From Rhynchopus sp. YZ270_cl-10 (taxonomy: Eukaryota), in NCBI GenBank assembly GCA_964035575.1, contig OZ037835.1, positions 434,001 to 498,000 of the forward strand: 64,000 bases of DNA, read 5' to 3'. The notes below the pieces were generated by a model that worked only from the letters and a program-made list of their open reading frames with translations, did no database searches and had not been told where the DNA came from. Below, piece after piece: positions 32,780 to 45,535 of this stretch. A program made the position numbers and the translations under genes. How positions within the stretch are numbered: position 1 is the first letter of the stretch; each line of letters starts with the position of its first letter.

Positions 32780-33800
32780 TGCAATGTATAGCTAGCTTTC
32801 GTAAAACACGTCAGCATGCCCAGGCGAGCCGGACAGTCGCACAAGTACTCGTTGGCTGCGACGCGTCGGAGGCGGCTTGTGGTCTGCAGGAGGCCTCCCA
32901 ACACGTGCTGACCGGGCGACATGTATGTCGCACCCGTGAGCACCTTCGCTGCCTTCCGGTGGAGCACGAGGGTGTCATGTGGGTCGCAGGGAGTCGGCTG
33001 CCGTCAGGTAGACAGCTCGTCCTGAGCTGAGTGGAGGTTGTTCACTGAAGAGTCTGGCTCATCAGTTGGTGCATGTCACTACACCCGTTTTCCATCACCT
33101 TCGACACATTGCTGGCGAGGGAGATCGGGCTGCACGACGCGGGTCATGTCGTGTCTTTTCCTTTTTGTGTAGTGGGATCACCGTTACTGTCGTCGACGAC
33201 TCCGGGATAACTGCCGTCGTCCAGGAGAGGTTGCGCATATGTAGGAGTGCTCGCGGTGCTCCATCACCGAGGTGTTGAAGCCATTCGTTGTGGACCCCGT
33301 CTGGGCCAGTGGACCCGACCTCACATCTCCTAACTAGCGGCCGTGTTCCAGCAGAAACAAATCAACAAATCAATATTTTTCTTGTGCTGCTGCTTTGTTG
33401 ACCATCCCGAGCCAGAGGGAGTAGGTCTCGTTCAGGTTTGTGCGCTTCGCCGTTTTTGCAGTGCTCTCCTCCGAGAATTCAATCGGAACGTGGTCGGAGG
33501 CCCTTCGACGAGTGTAATCCATCCCTGGTATCCAACCTTTCAGAAGTCATCACAATGTCGGGCCCCATAGCGTCTTAGTGTGTCCCAGGATACGGTGGTG
33601 CGCATTCACGTCCCCTGCAATCGCCACCTTCCCCTGTGGGCAGTTCTCAAACGTTGCAATCGTCACATCGTGTGTCATTTTTGTGCAGGCCTGCCGCACT
33701 TGGCCTGTCCACATTGCAGAATCTCACACCTTCCACTACGTCAAGTCTGTCTGTCACGCAGCTCTCTGGAGAAGTGAAGTTGTGTTTGGATGTGCGTGTG
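32780..33800 (-). pseudogene. Degenerate, internally deleted LINE (APE and RT remnants)
   Basis: Minus strand: AGDVNAHH (33595-33618), SDHVPI (33481-33498), GPDGVHNEWL (~33278-33307), PISLASNVSKVME (~33090-33128), HRKAAKVLTGA (~32930-32965); frameshifts and stops. Confidence 0.8.
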
Positions 33801-35009
33801 GTGTGGACGTCGGTCGCGGTGCCGCCTCCCGATGCCATCGCCCCCTTCGCACCCTCCACACGCTTTTGAGTACGCATGCGTTTGTATAGCATATGTACGT
33901 GCGACAAGAACACCTCCCTGTACGAGATGATCTTCAACAGCGGTGATACGAAGTCTGCCGTGTCGAGACTGGACAAAGCCACCAGGTTGAGGTGATTCTC
34001 GGATATCTTTGCGATGATCCTCGTTAGGCTTATGTCGTTTCTGCATGGTGGGCGAGAATATGCAACGAAAGGCGACGAAAGAAGGTTTCGGTCCCCACGG
34101 GAAGCATGGTCCACTCAGCCAACCTCCCATAACGACTGCGTTCTCGTTGCGTGTACGGTTTTGAAATCCGCTGCCGCAAAATAACGCACTACGGACTCCA
34201 TTGTGGAGTGTCGGGTCAGGAGAATGATCTCTTCCAGTGGTTGCGCTGCTCCTCTGCGGAGGGAGCGGGACGTTATGATCCTGCTCCGGTAGTAGGGACC
34301 GTCCCGTGTATCTGCCTAACTGGAGGGTCGGCTTTCGTTTGGCACCAGTGCAGTAGTTTCTGATTCTTCCGTCACCTCCTGTTTTCAGGCGCACAACATC
34401 TGAAGCCCGCGCTGCGACCACCCAGCACATCCAGATGCCAGATGGCTAGCTTCGTCGTGCAGCACCTGCATCATGCGAAACACCTCGTCCTGCGTCGCTG
34501 GCACCGCTCTTCGATGCGAGTGCAGAGCTCCTTCTCGAAGGGCCCTCCGGAAACAAGCGTTAAGTCTCCTTTACCGTCACGAACAACAACAAAAGAGTGG
34601 GAAGAAGGCAACATGTTTCAGCAAAACAAAATTTTAGATTGCAAGCTGTTATGTTGGGTCAAATGTCGGAATAGGCAAACCCGCAACCCGGCGTTTCTTT
34701 CTTCTTCTCTTTCTCTTCGAAGCAACAACCCAACCGATCGAGCGGATCAGAACGCAACGATGTGAACGTTGCGAACCGAACCAACCCAACGCCACCGGTC
34801 TGAACGCAACGGCCCGAACCGAACGCACGGAACCAACGCAACGCAACGAATGCAACCGATCTGTACGCAGCAAACCGAACGCAACCAACGCAACGAGTGG
34901 TTACAAAACGCAACCCACCTTCGGTGGGCTCAGACTCGTGCCAGTGGTGCGGGCAAACCCGCCCTGTGTGTGGGCCGATATTGACAGGTCTTTGACACAA
35001 AGGGGTCCA

Positions 35010-35689
35010 TACCCAGTACCCAGTACCCAGTACCCAGTACCCAGTACCCAGTACCCAGTACCCAGTACCCAGTACCCAGTACCCAGTACCCAGTACCCAG
35101 TACCCAGTACCCAGTACCCAGTACCCAGTACCCAGTACCCAGTACCCAGTACCCAGTACCCAGTACCCAGTACCCAGTACCCAGTACCCAGTACCCAGTA
35201 CCCAGTACCCAGTACCCAGTACCCAGTACCCAGTACCCAGTACCCAGTACCCAGTACCCAGTACCCAGTACCCAGTACCCAGTACCCAGTACCCAGTACC
35301 CAGTACCCAGTACCCAGTACCCAGTACCCAGTACCCAGTACCCAGTACCCAGTACCCAGTACCCAGTACCCAGTACCCAGTACCCAGTACCCAGTACCCA
35401 GTACCCAGTACCCAGTACCCAGTACCCAGTACCCAGTACCCAGTACCCAGTACCCAGTACCCAGTACCCAGTACCCAGTACCCAGTACCCAGTACCCAGT
35501 ACCCAGTACCCAGTACCCAGTACCCAGTACCCAGTACCCAGTACCCAGTACCCAGTACCCAGTACCCAGTACCCAGTACCCAGTACCCAGTACCCAGTAC
35601 CCAGTACCCAGTACCCAGTACCCAGTACCCAGTACCCAGTACCCAGTACCCAGTACCCAGTACCCAGTACCCAGTACCCAGTACCCAGT
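35010..35689. repeat. Perfect (CCCAGTA)n array, ~97 units
   Basis: Read directly; short copy at ~42611-42643. Confidence 0.97.
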
Positions 35690-35878
35690 GGGTATTCCTT
35701 AAGGTTGTGACAGTGTCACACAGGTATGTGACACTGTCACAAGTCGTGTGACACTGTCTCCGTGACACTGTCACACATTTTGTGACACTGTCTCCGTGAC
35801 AGTGTCACAAAATGTGTGACAGTGTCACATGTGACACTGTCTCCGTGACAGTGTCACATGTGACACAGCCCCGCCGTG

Positions 35879-38800
35879 TAGGTAAGTGACCAATGAACAT
35901 CCTCCCAAAAGTACCCAAATTTTACTTCCTGGGTAGGTTACCAATGAACATCCTCCCAAAAGTACCCAAATTTTACTTCCTGGGTAGGTTACCAATGAAC
36001 ATCATCCCAAAAGTACCCAAATTTTACTTCCTGGGTATGTGACCAATGAACATCCTCCCAAAAGTACCCAAATTTTACTTCCTGGGTAGGTTACCAATGA
36101 ACATCATCCCAAAAGTACCCAAATTTTACTTCCTGGGTAGGTGACCAATGAACATCCTCCCAAAAGTACTCAAATTTTACTTCCTGGGAAGGTAACCAAT
36201 GAACATCATCCCAAAAGTACCCAAATTTAACTTCCTGGGTAGGTTACCACTGAACATCCTCCCAAAAGTACTCAAATTTTACTTCCTGGGTATGTGACCA
36301 ATGAACATCCTCCCAAAAGTACCAGAATTTTACTTCCTGGGTAGGTTACCAATGAACATCCTCCCAAAAGTACCCAAATTTTACTTCCTGGGTAGGTTAC
36401 CAATGAACATCATCCCAAAAGTACCCAAATTTTACTTCCTGGGTATGTGACCAATGAACATCCTCCCAAAAGTACCAGAATTTTACTTCCTGGGTAGGTT
36501 ACCACTGAACATCCTCCCAAAAGTACTCAAATTTTACTTCCTGGGTATGTGACCAATGAACATCCTCCCAAAAGTACCAGAATTTTACTTCCTGGGTAGG
36601 TTACCAATGAACATCCTCCCAAAAGTACCCAAATTTTACTTCCTGGGTATGTGACCAATGAACATCCTCCCAAAAGTACCAGAATTTTACTTCCTGGGTA
36701 GGTTACCAATGAACATCCTCCCAAAAGTACCCAAATTTTACTTCCTGGGTAGGTGACCAATGAACATCCTCCCAAAAGTACTCAAATTTTACTTCCTGGG
36801 AAGGTAACCAATGAACATCCTCCCAAAAGTACCCAAATTTAACTTCCTGGGTAGGTGACCACTGAACATCCTCCCAAAAGTACCCAAATTTTACTTCCTG
36901 GGTATGTGACCAATGAACATCCTCCCAAAAGTACCAGAATTTTACTTCCTGGGTAGGTTACCAATGAACATCATCCCAAAAGTACCCAAATTTTACTTCC
37001 TGGGTATGTGACCAATGAACATCCTCCCAAAAGTACCAGAATTTTACTTCCTGGGTAGGTTACCAATGAACATCATCCCAAAAGTACCCAAATTTTACTT
37101 CCTGGGTAGGTTACCAATGAACATCATCCCAAAAGTACCCAAATTTTACTTCCTGGGTATGTGACCAATGAACATCCTCCCAAAAGTACCAGAATTTTAC
37201 TTCCTGGGTAGGTTACCAATGAACATCCTCCCAAAAGTACTCAAATTTTACTTCCTGGGTATGTGACCAATGAACATCCTCCCAAAAGTACCAGAATTTT
37301 ACTTCCTGGGTAGGTTACCAATGAACATCCTCCCAAAAGTACTCAAATTTTACTTCCTGGGTATGTGACCAATGAACATCCTCCCAAAAGTACCAGAATT
37401 TTACTTCCTGGGTAGGTTACCACTGAACATCCTCCCAAAAGTACTCAAATTTTACTTCCTGGGTATGTGACCAATGAACATCCTCCCAAAAGTACCAGAA
37501 TTTTACTTCCTGGGTAGGTTACCAATGAACATCCTCCCAAAAGTACCCAAATTTTACTTCCTGGGTAGGTTACCAATGAACATCCTCCCAAAAGTACCCA
37601 AATTTTACTTCCTGGGTAGGTGACCAATGAACATCCTCCCAAAAGTACTCAAATTTTACTTCCTGGGTATGTGACCAATGAACATCCTCCCAAAAGTACC
37701 AGAATTTTACTTCCTGGGTAGGTTACCAATGAACATCCTCCCAAAAGTACCCAAATTTTACTTCCTGGGTAGGTTACCAATGAACATCCTCCCAAAAGTA
37801 CCAGAATTTTACTTCCTGGGTAGGTTACCAATGAACATCCTCCCAAAAGTACCCAAATTTTACTTCCTGGGTAGGTTACCAATGAACATCCTCCCAAAAG
37901 TACCCAAATTTTACTTCCTGGGTAGGTGACCAATGAACATCCTCCCAAAAGTACTCAAATTTTACTTCCTGGGAAGGTAACCAATGAACATCCTCCCAAA
38001 AGTACCCAAATTTAACTTCCTGGGTAGGTGACCACTGAACATCCTCCCAAAAGTACTCAAATTTTACTTCCTGGGTATGTGACCAATGAACATCCTCCCA
38101 AAAGTACCAGAATTTTACTTCCTGGGTAGGTTACCAATGAACATCCTCCCAAAAGTACCCAAATTTTACTTCCTGGGTAGGTTACCAATGAACATCATCC
38201 CAAAAGTACCCAAATTTTACTTCCTGGGTAGGTGACCAATGAACATCCTCCCAAAAGTACCCAAATTTTACTTCCTGGGAAGGTTACCAATGAACATCCT
38301 CCCAAAAGTACTCAAATTTTACTTCCTGGGAAGGTAACCAATGAACATCCTCCCAAAAGTACCAGAATTTTACTTCCTGGGTAGGTTACCAATGAACATC
38401 CTCCCAAAAGTACCCAAATTTTACTTCCTGGGTAGGTGACCAATGAACATCCTCCCAAAAGTACCAGAATTTTACTTCCTGGGTAGGTTACCAATGAACA
38501 TCCTCCCAAAAGTACCCAAATTTTACTTCCTGGGTAGGTGACCAATGAACATCCTCCCAAAAGTACTCAAATTTTACTTCCTGGGAAGGTAACCAATGAA
38601 CATCCTCCCAAAAGTACCAGAATTTTACTTCCTGGGTAGGTTACCAATGAACATCCTCCCAAAAGTACCCAAATTTTACTTCCTGGGTATGTGACCAATG
38701 AACATCCTCCCAAAAGTACCCAAATTTTACTTCCTGGGTAGGTTACCAATGAACATCATCCCAAAAGTACCCAAATTTTACTTCCTGGGTATGTGACCAA

Positions 38801-40170
38801 TGAACATCCTCCCAAAAGTACCCAAATTTTACTTCCTGGGTATGTGACCAATGAACATCCTCCCAAAAGTACCCAAATTTTACTTCCTGGGTAGGTGACC
38901 AATGAACATCCTCCCAAAAGTACCAGAATTTTACTTCCTGGGTAGGTTACCAATGAACATCATCCCAAAAGTACCCAAATTTTACTTCCTGGGTATGTGA
39001 CCAATGAACATCCTCCCAAAAGTACCCAAATTTTACTTCCTGGGTAGGTTACCAATGAACATCATCCCAAAAGTACCCAAATTTTACTTCCTGGGTAGGT
39101 TACCAATGAACATCCTCCCAAAAGTACCCAAATTTTACTTCCTGGGTAGGTGACCAATGAACATCCTCCCAAAAGTACTCAAATTTTACTTCCTGGGTAG
39201 GTTACCAATGAACATCCTCCCAAAAGTACCCAAATTTAACTTCCTGGGTAGGTGACCACTGAACATCCTCCCAAAAGTACTCAAATTTTACTTCCTGGGT
39301 AGGTTACCAATGAACATCCTCCCAAAAGTACCCAAATTTTACTTCCTGGGTATGTGACCAATGAACATCCTCCCAAAAGTACCCAAATTTTACTTCCTGG
39401 GTAGGTTACCAATGAACATCCTCCCAAAAGTACCCAAATTTAACTTCCTGGGTAGGTGACCACTGAACATCCTCCCAAAAGTACTCAAATTTTACTTCCT
39501 GGGTAGGTTACCAATGAACATCCTCCCAAAAGTACCCAAATTTTACTTCCTGGGTAGGTGACCAATGAACATCCTCCCAAAAGTACCCAAATTTTACTTC
39601 CTGGGTAGGTTACCAATGAACATCATCCCAAAAGTACCCAAATTTTACTTCCTGGGTAGGTGACCAATGAACATCCTCCCAAAAGTACCCAAATTTTACT
39701 TCCTGGGTAGGTTACCAATGAACATCATCCCAAAAGTATCCAAATTTTACTTCCTGGGTAGGTTACCAATGAACATCCTCCCAAAAGTACCCAAATTTAA
39801 CTTCCTGGGTAGGTGACCACTGAACATCCTCCCAAAAGTACTCAAATTTTACTTCCTGGGTATGTGACCAATGAACATCCTCCCAAAAGTACCAGAATTT
39901 TACTTCCTGGGTAGGTTACCAATGAACATCCTCCCAAAAGTACTCAAATTTTACTTCCTGGGTATGTGACCAATGAACATCCTCCCAAAAGTACCAGAAT
40001 TTTACTTCCTGGGTAGGTTACCAATGAACATCCTCTGAAAAGTGCCAGAATTTTACTTCTTAAGTAGGCGACTTGTGAACATCCTCTGAAAAGTACCAGA
40101 ATTTTACTTTTTGAGTAGGCGACTGGTTAACATCCTCTGAAAAGTGCCAGAATTTTACTTCTTAAGTAGG
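35879..40170. repeat. 51-bp satellite, main block (~84 units), degenerating at the right edge
   Basis: Read directly; a few recurrent variant sites (ccaa/caga/tcaa, ggtt/ggtg/tgtg, cctc/catc). Confidence 0.97.
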
Positions 40171-40612
40171 TACCTGTCACTCCCAGGTTAAAAAGGACAC
40201 TTTTTAGCTGCAACATAATATATATTATGAAAAAAATCATACCAAAAAAACTGTGTTTTTTTACACAAAAACACCTAAAAACCACCTCTGTGTGGTGGTA
40301 TTGGCCTTGTGGGGGTGTTTTGGGCTCAAAAAAAAAAATTTTTTTTTTTTTGAAAAAATCGAAAAAAATCGAAAATGGCAAAGGCAAATCCAGTGCAAAA
40401 TGACAATTTTCAACAAAATGTGCGTTTAAATGCGTCAACGGGCAGCATTTTGTTTAAATTTTTGCTCATTTGCGTCCACAGAGTCCCAAAAAATGCATTG
40501 CCGGGGTCGTAGGTCAAAAAAGACTTAGTAATTTCAATTTAAAATCAAAAGGAGCCAAAATTACCGGTATAGGCTCCCCTAGATTGAATCGCAAAAAAAA
40601 AAAAAAGGCAGT

Positions 40613-41140
40613 ATGAAGCAAAAGCCACAACAAACATTGAAAATTTGCGTGTGCGAGGCAAGTCGTTGGGAAGTCCCAGGGTGCTCTGGCGAAACACCTC
40701 CCACCGAGACTAACGTCGCACCTCCCCAAGAGTACACCCCGGAATATGAATGTCATGCATGCGGAGCCTCCCACAAAACAGAGCGGGGACTGTTTGCCCA
40801 TTATGACACGCAACAGTGTGTACTGTGTGTAATACGCAACAAAATATTCCATGACCACCTTGGAGGCTTTCCCACTCTGGATGTTTGTGGCACCCGCGTG
40901 CAGGTGGTGGTGCATCACATTTCCTTTCCTCCGGGTTGCGGTGTGGTGCCCACGTGCCACTGTCCTGACTTGTCCAGGGGGCCTGTGTCTGACTGCCAAG
41001 TCAACACCGTCAGTTTGCTTTAGGAAATCATTTTGCTTTTTGTTATATCGACAATCACCTACCGAGGTAGGATCTGTACACAATGTCGCCCGAAGGCTTT
41101 GTACTTAATCGGTATGGACGGAGGCCATCCTCAACCCTAG
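40613..41140 (+). pseudogene. Cys-rich degenerate ORF, possibly a KDZ/CxC-type transposase remnant related to family D
   Basis: ECHACG..AHYDT..; then, after a break, RICTQCRPKALYLIGMDG. Confidence 0.3.
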
Positions 41141-41738
41141 AAAGTAGCTTTTATTTGTTGGTCGTTTGGTGCTATGGGAAATCAGTCAACGACCTGTCAA
41201 TATCGGGGGGGAGGGTCATTTTTAAATAGTACTTTGCCATTTTTTCAGGTACACAGGTACACAGGTACACAGGTACACAGGTACACCACATCACGTTCTA
41301 TCTTGTGCATCCCAGCTTGAACGACTCTTTGCCGCTTCACAGCTGGTATGTGAATGTGTTCACAGACCAGCTGTGAAGCGGCAAAGTAGAAATCACCCCC
41401 AGCTTCGAGGGGCTCAGGGCTGTGTGACGCTGCTGATTTCGACACGTTGATCGCGCTTTGTGTGGTTTTGTGTATCCCAAAAGGAGTCATCACCCAAAGC
41501 ATTTTGACTAAACGTCTGAACCTGGAATCGATAGCAGACAGGAAAAAGAGGATGAGCAGGCAACGTCTGCCCGACCTGTGTGAAGTGAATCAGTGATTGC
41601 CTGATAGATGTCTGGGTAACCGTGTGTTCTGTGTGGGTATCCATGTACGGAGTATATCCCATTCCCCCCAGCAATTGCCAAAAACCGTGAGTGTGCGCGA
41701 TGGCCCATGGACCACCACGTCCAAGTTACCACCTATGA

Positions 41739-41863
41739 CTAGTCATATGACAAGGTGCAGATAAGACTAACTAACGACAAGACCCCTGTATGTAATGAGC
41801 GGCGTTAGGCCTTGTCATTTGACAGGGGTCTTGTCATTGGTTAGTCTTGTCATGCAACTAGTC
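41739..41863. mobile_element. Small inverted-repeat element (MITE-like)
   Basis: actagt..aagactaactaacgacaagacccctgt versus acaggggtcttgtcattggttagtctt..actagt. Confidence 0.6.
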
Positions 41864-42479
41864 GTTGCGGTGCAATACACGACGGTGAAACCAGAACCCC
41901 CATAAATTTCACGACGATTTTTGAGGATTTTTTAGGTCTTACCAGAAATCAGCGCCGAAAGCTGTCCAGAACCACCCCCAAAACCATTGTACCACTACCT
42001 GATTTCGCCACCTGTACCACATGTTATATTACATGTACTACATGTAACAAAAGTTACATGTAATACCACATGGAACACCCGTAACACGTAATTCAGTCGT
42101 TGTGTACCCTGAGGGCCGTATGGGCCACCGTGTGTCTGTGTGTGTGTCCCACCAAAAAATCGCTGAGGGCCGTTAAAAAATGACCCCCCCTTATGGCAAC
42201 GACCTGTCAGCGACCTGTCAATATCGACCCTCCCCGGAGCACCATCGTTACTTTTATGTTTTGGTCAGCAAAATCACTCGCACACAACCTGAGGGTACGT
42301 GTGCGGTTGCCAGGTCTCGAAGCCCCGGTAGGGTAATCACACCAGTCAAGCATTAGTATCAAACCCCCAGTTTGTATAAGTTTTGTAAATAATTTTGTTT
42401 TTGTCCACAATCTGTCTGCAGGGACTTCACAAGAAGCCTTTGTACTGTGATTTCACTTGGAATATACCTGTAGCACTAC

Positions 42480-42790
42480 CAGTACACTAGTCGTACGACT
42501 AGTCGTACGACTAGTGGGTACTAGTCGTGCTACTAGTGTACACTAGTCGTAAAACACTAGTCATTTCGGCTAGTCGTGCTACTAGTCGTCCCCCTGACTA
42601 GACCGTGGTGCAGTACCCAGTACCCAGTACCCAGTACCCAGTAACGGGGAACCACAGGGGGAACCACACGGGAACCAGGGAACCGGTCCCCGGGAACCGG
42701 TTCCCTGGTTCCCCCCGTATGGTTCCCGGGAACCGGTTCCCGGTTCCCCGGTTCCCGGTTCCGAAATGACCGGTTCCCCAAAGTTTCGGT
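42480..42790. repeat. Cluster of short palindromic repeats (actagtcgt, cccagta, ggaaccggttcc), probably transposon subterminal remnants
   Basis: Read directly. Confidence 0.6.
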
Positions 42791-42814
42791 TCCAATATGA
42801 ATATTTCCCAAAAA

Positions 42815-43601
42815 AAATCGATCAAAAAGTCCAAAAAAAAAAAATTGTTTACTGGTGTTCTTCATAAAAACCCCAAAATGCTCGAGAGACTCGTTACTCT
42901 TTGCTTGTTGCTCAAAAGGATAAAAACGGGAAAAGGAAAAAATTAGGTTGTTTGTTGTTCGCTTCCACACCACTTCTGCACTCAGATTCAAGTCTTTTGG
43001 CTGTCCTTACAAGCGCCTGCCAAAACGCTCGCCTCGTGGGTGTGGACTTCCTTTTTTTTTGAAAACTTGGTTGTATTAGTGTAGACACCCGAGGATGAAC
43101 TCCACTATATTTTTTATTTTTTTGTTGTGTCGACAATCGCCGAGTAATCCCACCAGGTGGGAGAATTCGGGTCTGTACTCATTGTTGGCCGAAGCCTTTG
43201 TACTACGCAAGGTATAGACGTCGTTCGTCCTGAACCCTTGAGAGCAACTTTTAGGATGAAAAGAACCTTCAAAGGGGTAGTCCGCATCAAGGTGTTGTAC
43301 ACCATTGCACGGCTACATGCTAAGAAGGGGGTGTTGGAGGTTACAGTTAATAAACTGCCCTCTGTTCAAAAGTGGGAAAGTGGTGGTGGGGATTTTTTAT
43401 ATTTCTTTCTTCTTTTCTTTTCTCGACTTGATAACGGTAAATACGCAGATTTACGGTTTGAATGTGTTTTTCCTGAAGTACAGAAAATGTTGTGGAGCAC
43501 AAAGGGGAACAGAGAGGGGGAAAGCAAGTGGGGAAGTGGATACGCAGAACGCGCAACTTTTCACGAGGGTCTCGAGCATTTTTTCAAATACTACGTGTTT
43601 A
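42815..43601 (+). repeat. Family D, copy 2
   Basis: Near-identical to 30503-31224, plus a ~70-bp insertion near 43061-43120. Confidence 0.88.
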
Positions 43602-44349
43602 CAGGGCGTTCGCTATCGCCATCGTTTTTTCCTGATCGTGGCGAAATGCCAAAAACCCCGAAATTTTCGTTTTTTTACTAGTGCTTAAAATAGGTCAAAA
43701 AAAATTTTCCCGCCGGAGAGAAGTTAGTTCGTGGGGTGAATCCCTGGTACTGAATGGTCAAAAAAAATTTGCGATTTGCGCGTGATCCCTTCCCCAGCAC
43801 AAGTGATATTACAGCTGAACTTTCCTGATACTAAAACCAGCAAAACGATGGAGAATTTCATCAATCCCCCCTCACTGAGGGTCTCTTTGTGTTGTTTAAT
43901 CAAACAGATGTACAAGAGAGGCATCTGTCATATGAGACTTCATCCTTATTTTGATTATTTTCAACTCTCTGCCGTTGAAAGTAGAGTTGACACGAGCAGT
44001 GACACCTTCTATAACAGGGGGTACGGTACACCTTCAGCAGACTGCAGGATTGAGGAGCGAGCGGGAGTGCTGGGGAAACTTCCTCTCACGGCAGGCGGGT
44101 TTGCGGATGATTTTGAGTACAGTGGACACCCCTCTACGACCCCCCCTCCGGGGGGGTCTACAGGGTGGTGGGGAGAAATCTCTCTCTCTCTTTTTTTTTT
44201 TTTTTCCCCCCTTTTTTTATTTATTTATTTATTTATACAGGGTTTCGCCCCGGTGGGGCGAAGCCCTGGGGCGAAATAAAATGTCATTTTTTCAGGAAAA
44301 GATTTTTTTAACGAAAAAAAATATTTTTCGCCCCGGGGCGAACGCCCTG
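43602..44349. mobile_element. Non-autonomous hAT element
   Basis: TIR CAGGGCGTTCGC/GCGAACGCCCTG; 8-bp TSD cgtgttta. Confidence 0.9.
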
Positions 44350-45535
44350 CGTGTTTACTATAAAAAAAACCCCCTGTGCGGGTTGCTGGTTGGCTAAGGG
44401 TTGAATGTTGAAATGTACTTCGCAACACTGAAAGTGTCAAGAATTTGAAACATAAAAACATAAAATGTGTGTGTAATTCCTCAACGCTCCACATTCGTAA
44501 ACAATATAACCTACATCCTCAAACCTTTCTACCGACGTGATTATCATTGAACACATCCTCCATGACCCTAAAGACCCTCAGGGACGCTGCGTGAACAAAT
44601 AAAACCCTCCACCCTCCCATCTTTCTGTGTAACACAAAACAAGAATTAAAAGTACAAAAAAGCTTTTGAGTTGAGTTATAGAACGTTACGAGTTCCAAAT
44701 GATTTATGTTTTAAAATCTTAAGATAATTCCCTATGTATTTTCCTTAAGGAAAATACAGGCAAAAATCCAGGTAAAAATCACTTTGTACAGACTATGCCT
44801 GGCGGGCACAGGGTGTGACAAAACCAAAAAAAAATTGCTCGAATGGACGTTTCTGGGTTCCGGCATTTAGAGTCAAAAAAAATCTATTTTTTTTTTCGCA
44901 AAAATTTTTGACTTAACACTGGTTGTGCTTAGAAAACCCGAATTTTTTACCCTTGAAAAGTGCATTTGAGGAAGTCACAATGCGTCAAAATGAAAAGGTC
45001 GTTTTTGGCACTTTTAAAACCGGGCTCCGCTGAGTTCACCATATTTTTGCTCGATTTATTTAGTGGAGTAACTATTACTTTATCGTATGTGTGGACAAAA
45101 ATTTGGGACGGAGCGTAAATGTTTTTGGTTGACTTCCGCCCATGTGTTTGGGAACTCCTACTCCGATGACCGATTTGAGGATTCGAACAAAAATTTACAA
45201 AAACTTCCAAGGGTCTGTATTAATAAGAGTCTGTATAAATGGGACCTTTCTGTATCGTAAGGGCTTTCATGAACCCTGAGGAACCCTCAAAAGCTTTTGC
45301 TCTGTTCAACCCAAAAATATGGAAAAAACAGTCCACTACCCAAACACACGTGGTTCCGCCTCACAAAAAGTACAGAATAATAAGTGCAAATAAAAAAGAG
45401 GTCTGGTGGAACGCACACCTCCACCTGTCGGTGAAGTGTTTGAAGTCTCTGCTCCAACCCGCCCACAAAATAGAAAAAGGAAGGGAGTAGGGGTACGATG
45501 TTCATTGAATGTAATCAAACAAGAACTCACCAGTG

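Larger units (their letters stand above)
32009..35878. mobile_element. CAC-ended non-autonomous DNA transposon (CMC/EnSpm-like) inserted in the satellite
   Basis: 20-bp TIR CACGGCGGGGCTGTGTCACA; TA TSD; subterminal gtgacactgtcac palindromic repeats at both ends; satellite phase continues across it. Confidence 0.9.
31350..40579. mobile_element. TA-flanked, GGGG-ended DNA element carrying the 51-bp satellite and nested insertions
   Basis: Left TA-GGGGGGCCTATgcACCGG..TTTGGCTC versus reverse complement of right end TA-GGGGAGCCTATACCGG..TTTGGCTC. Confidence 0.65.

Noticed and set aside
34659..35774. GTGYWVL / PVPSTQY repeat proteins
   Set aside because: Translation artefacts of (CCCAGTA)n
35879..40170. 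CRISPR array, or coding repeat (LVTYPGSKIWVLLGGCS ORFs)
   Set aside because: Head-to-tail 51-bp units without unique spacers, no cas genes, and recurrent stop-codon variants; this is a satellite
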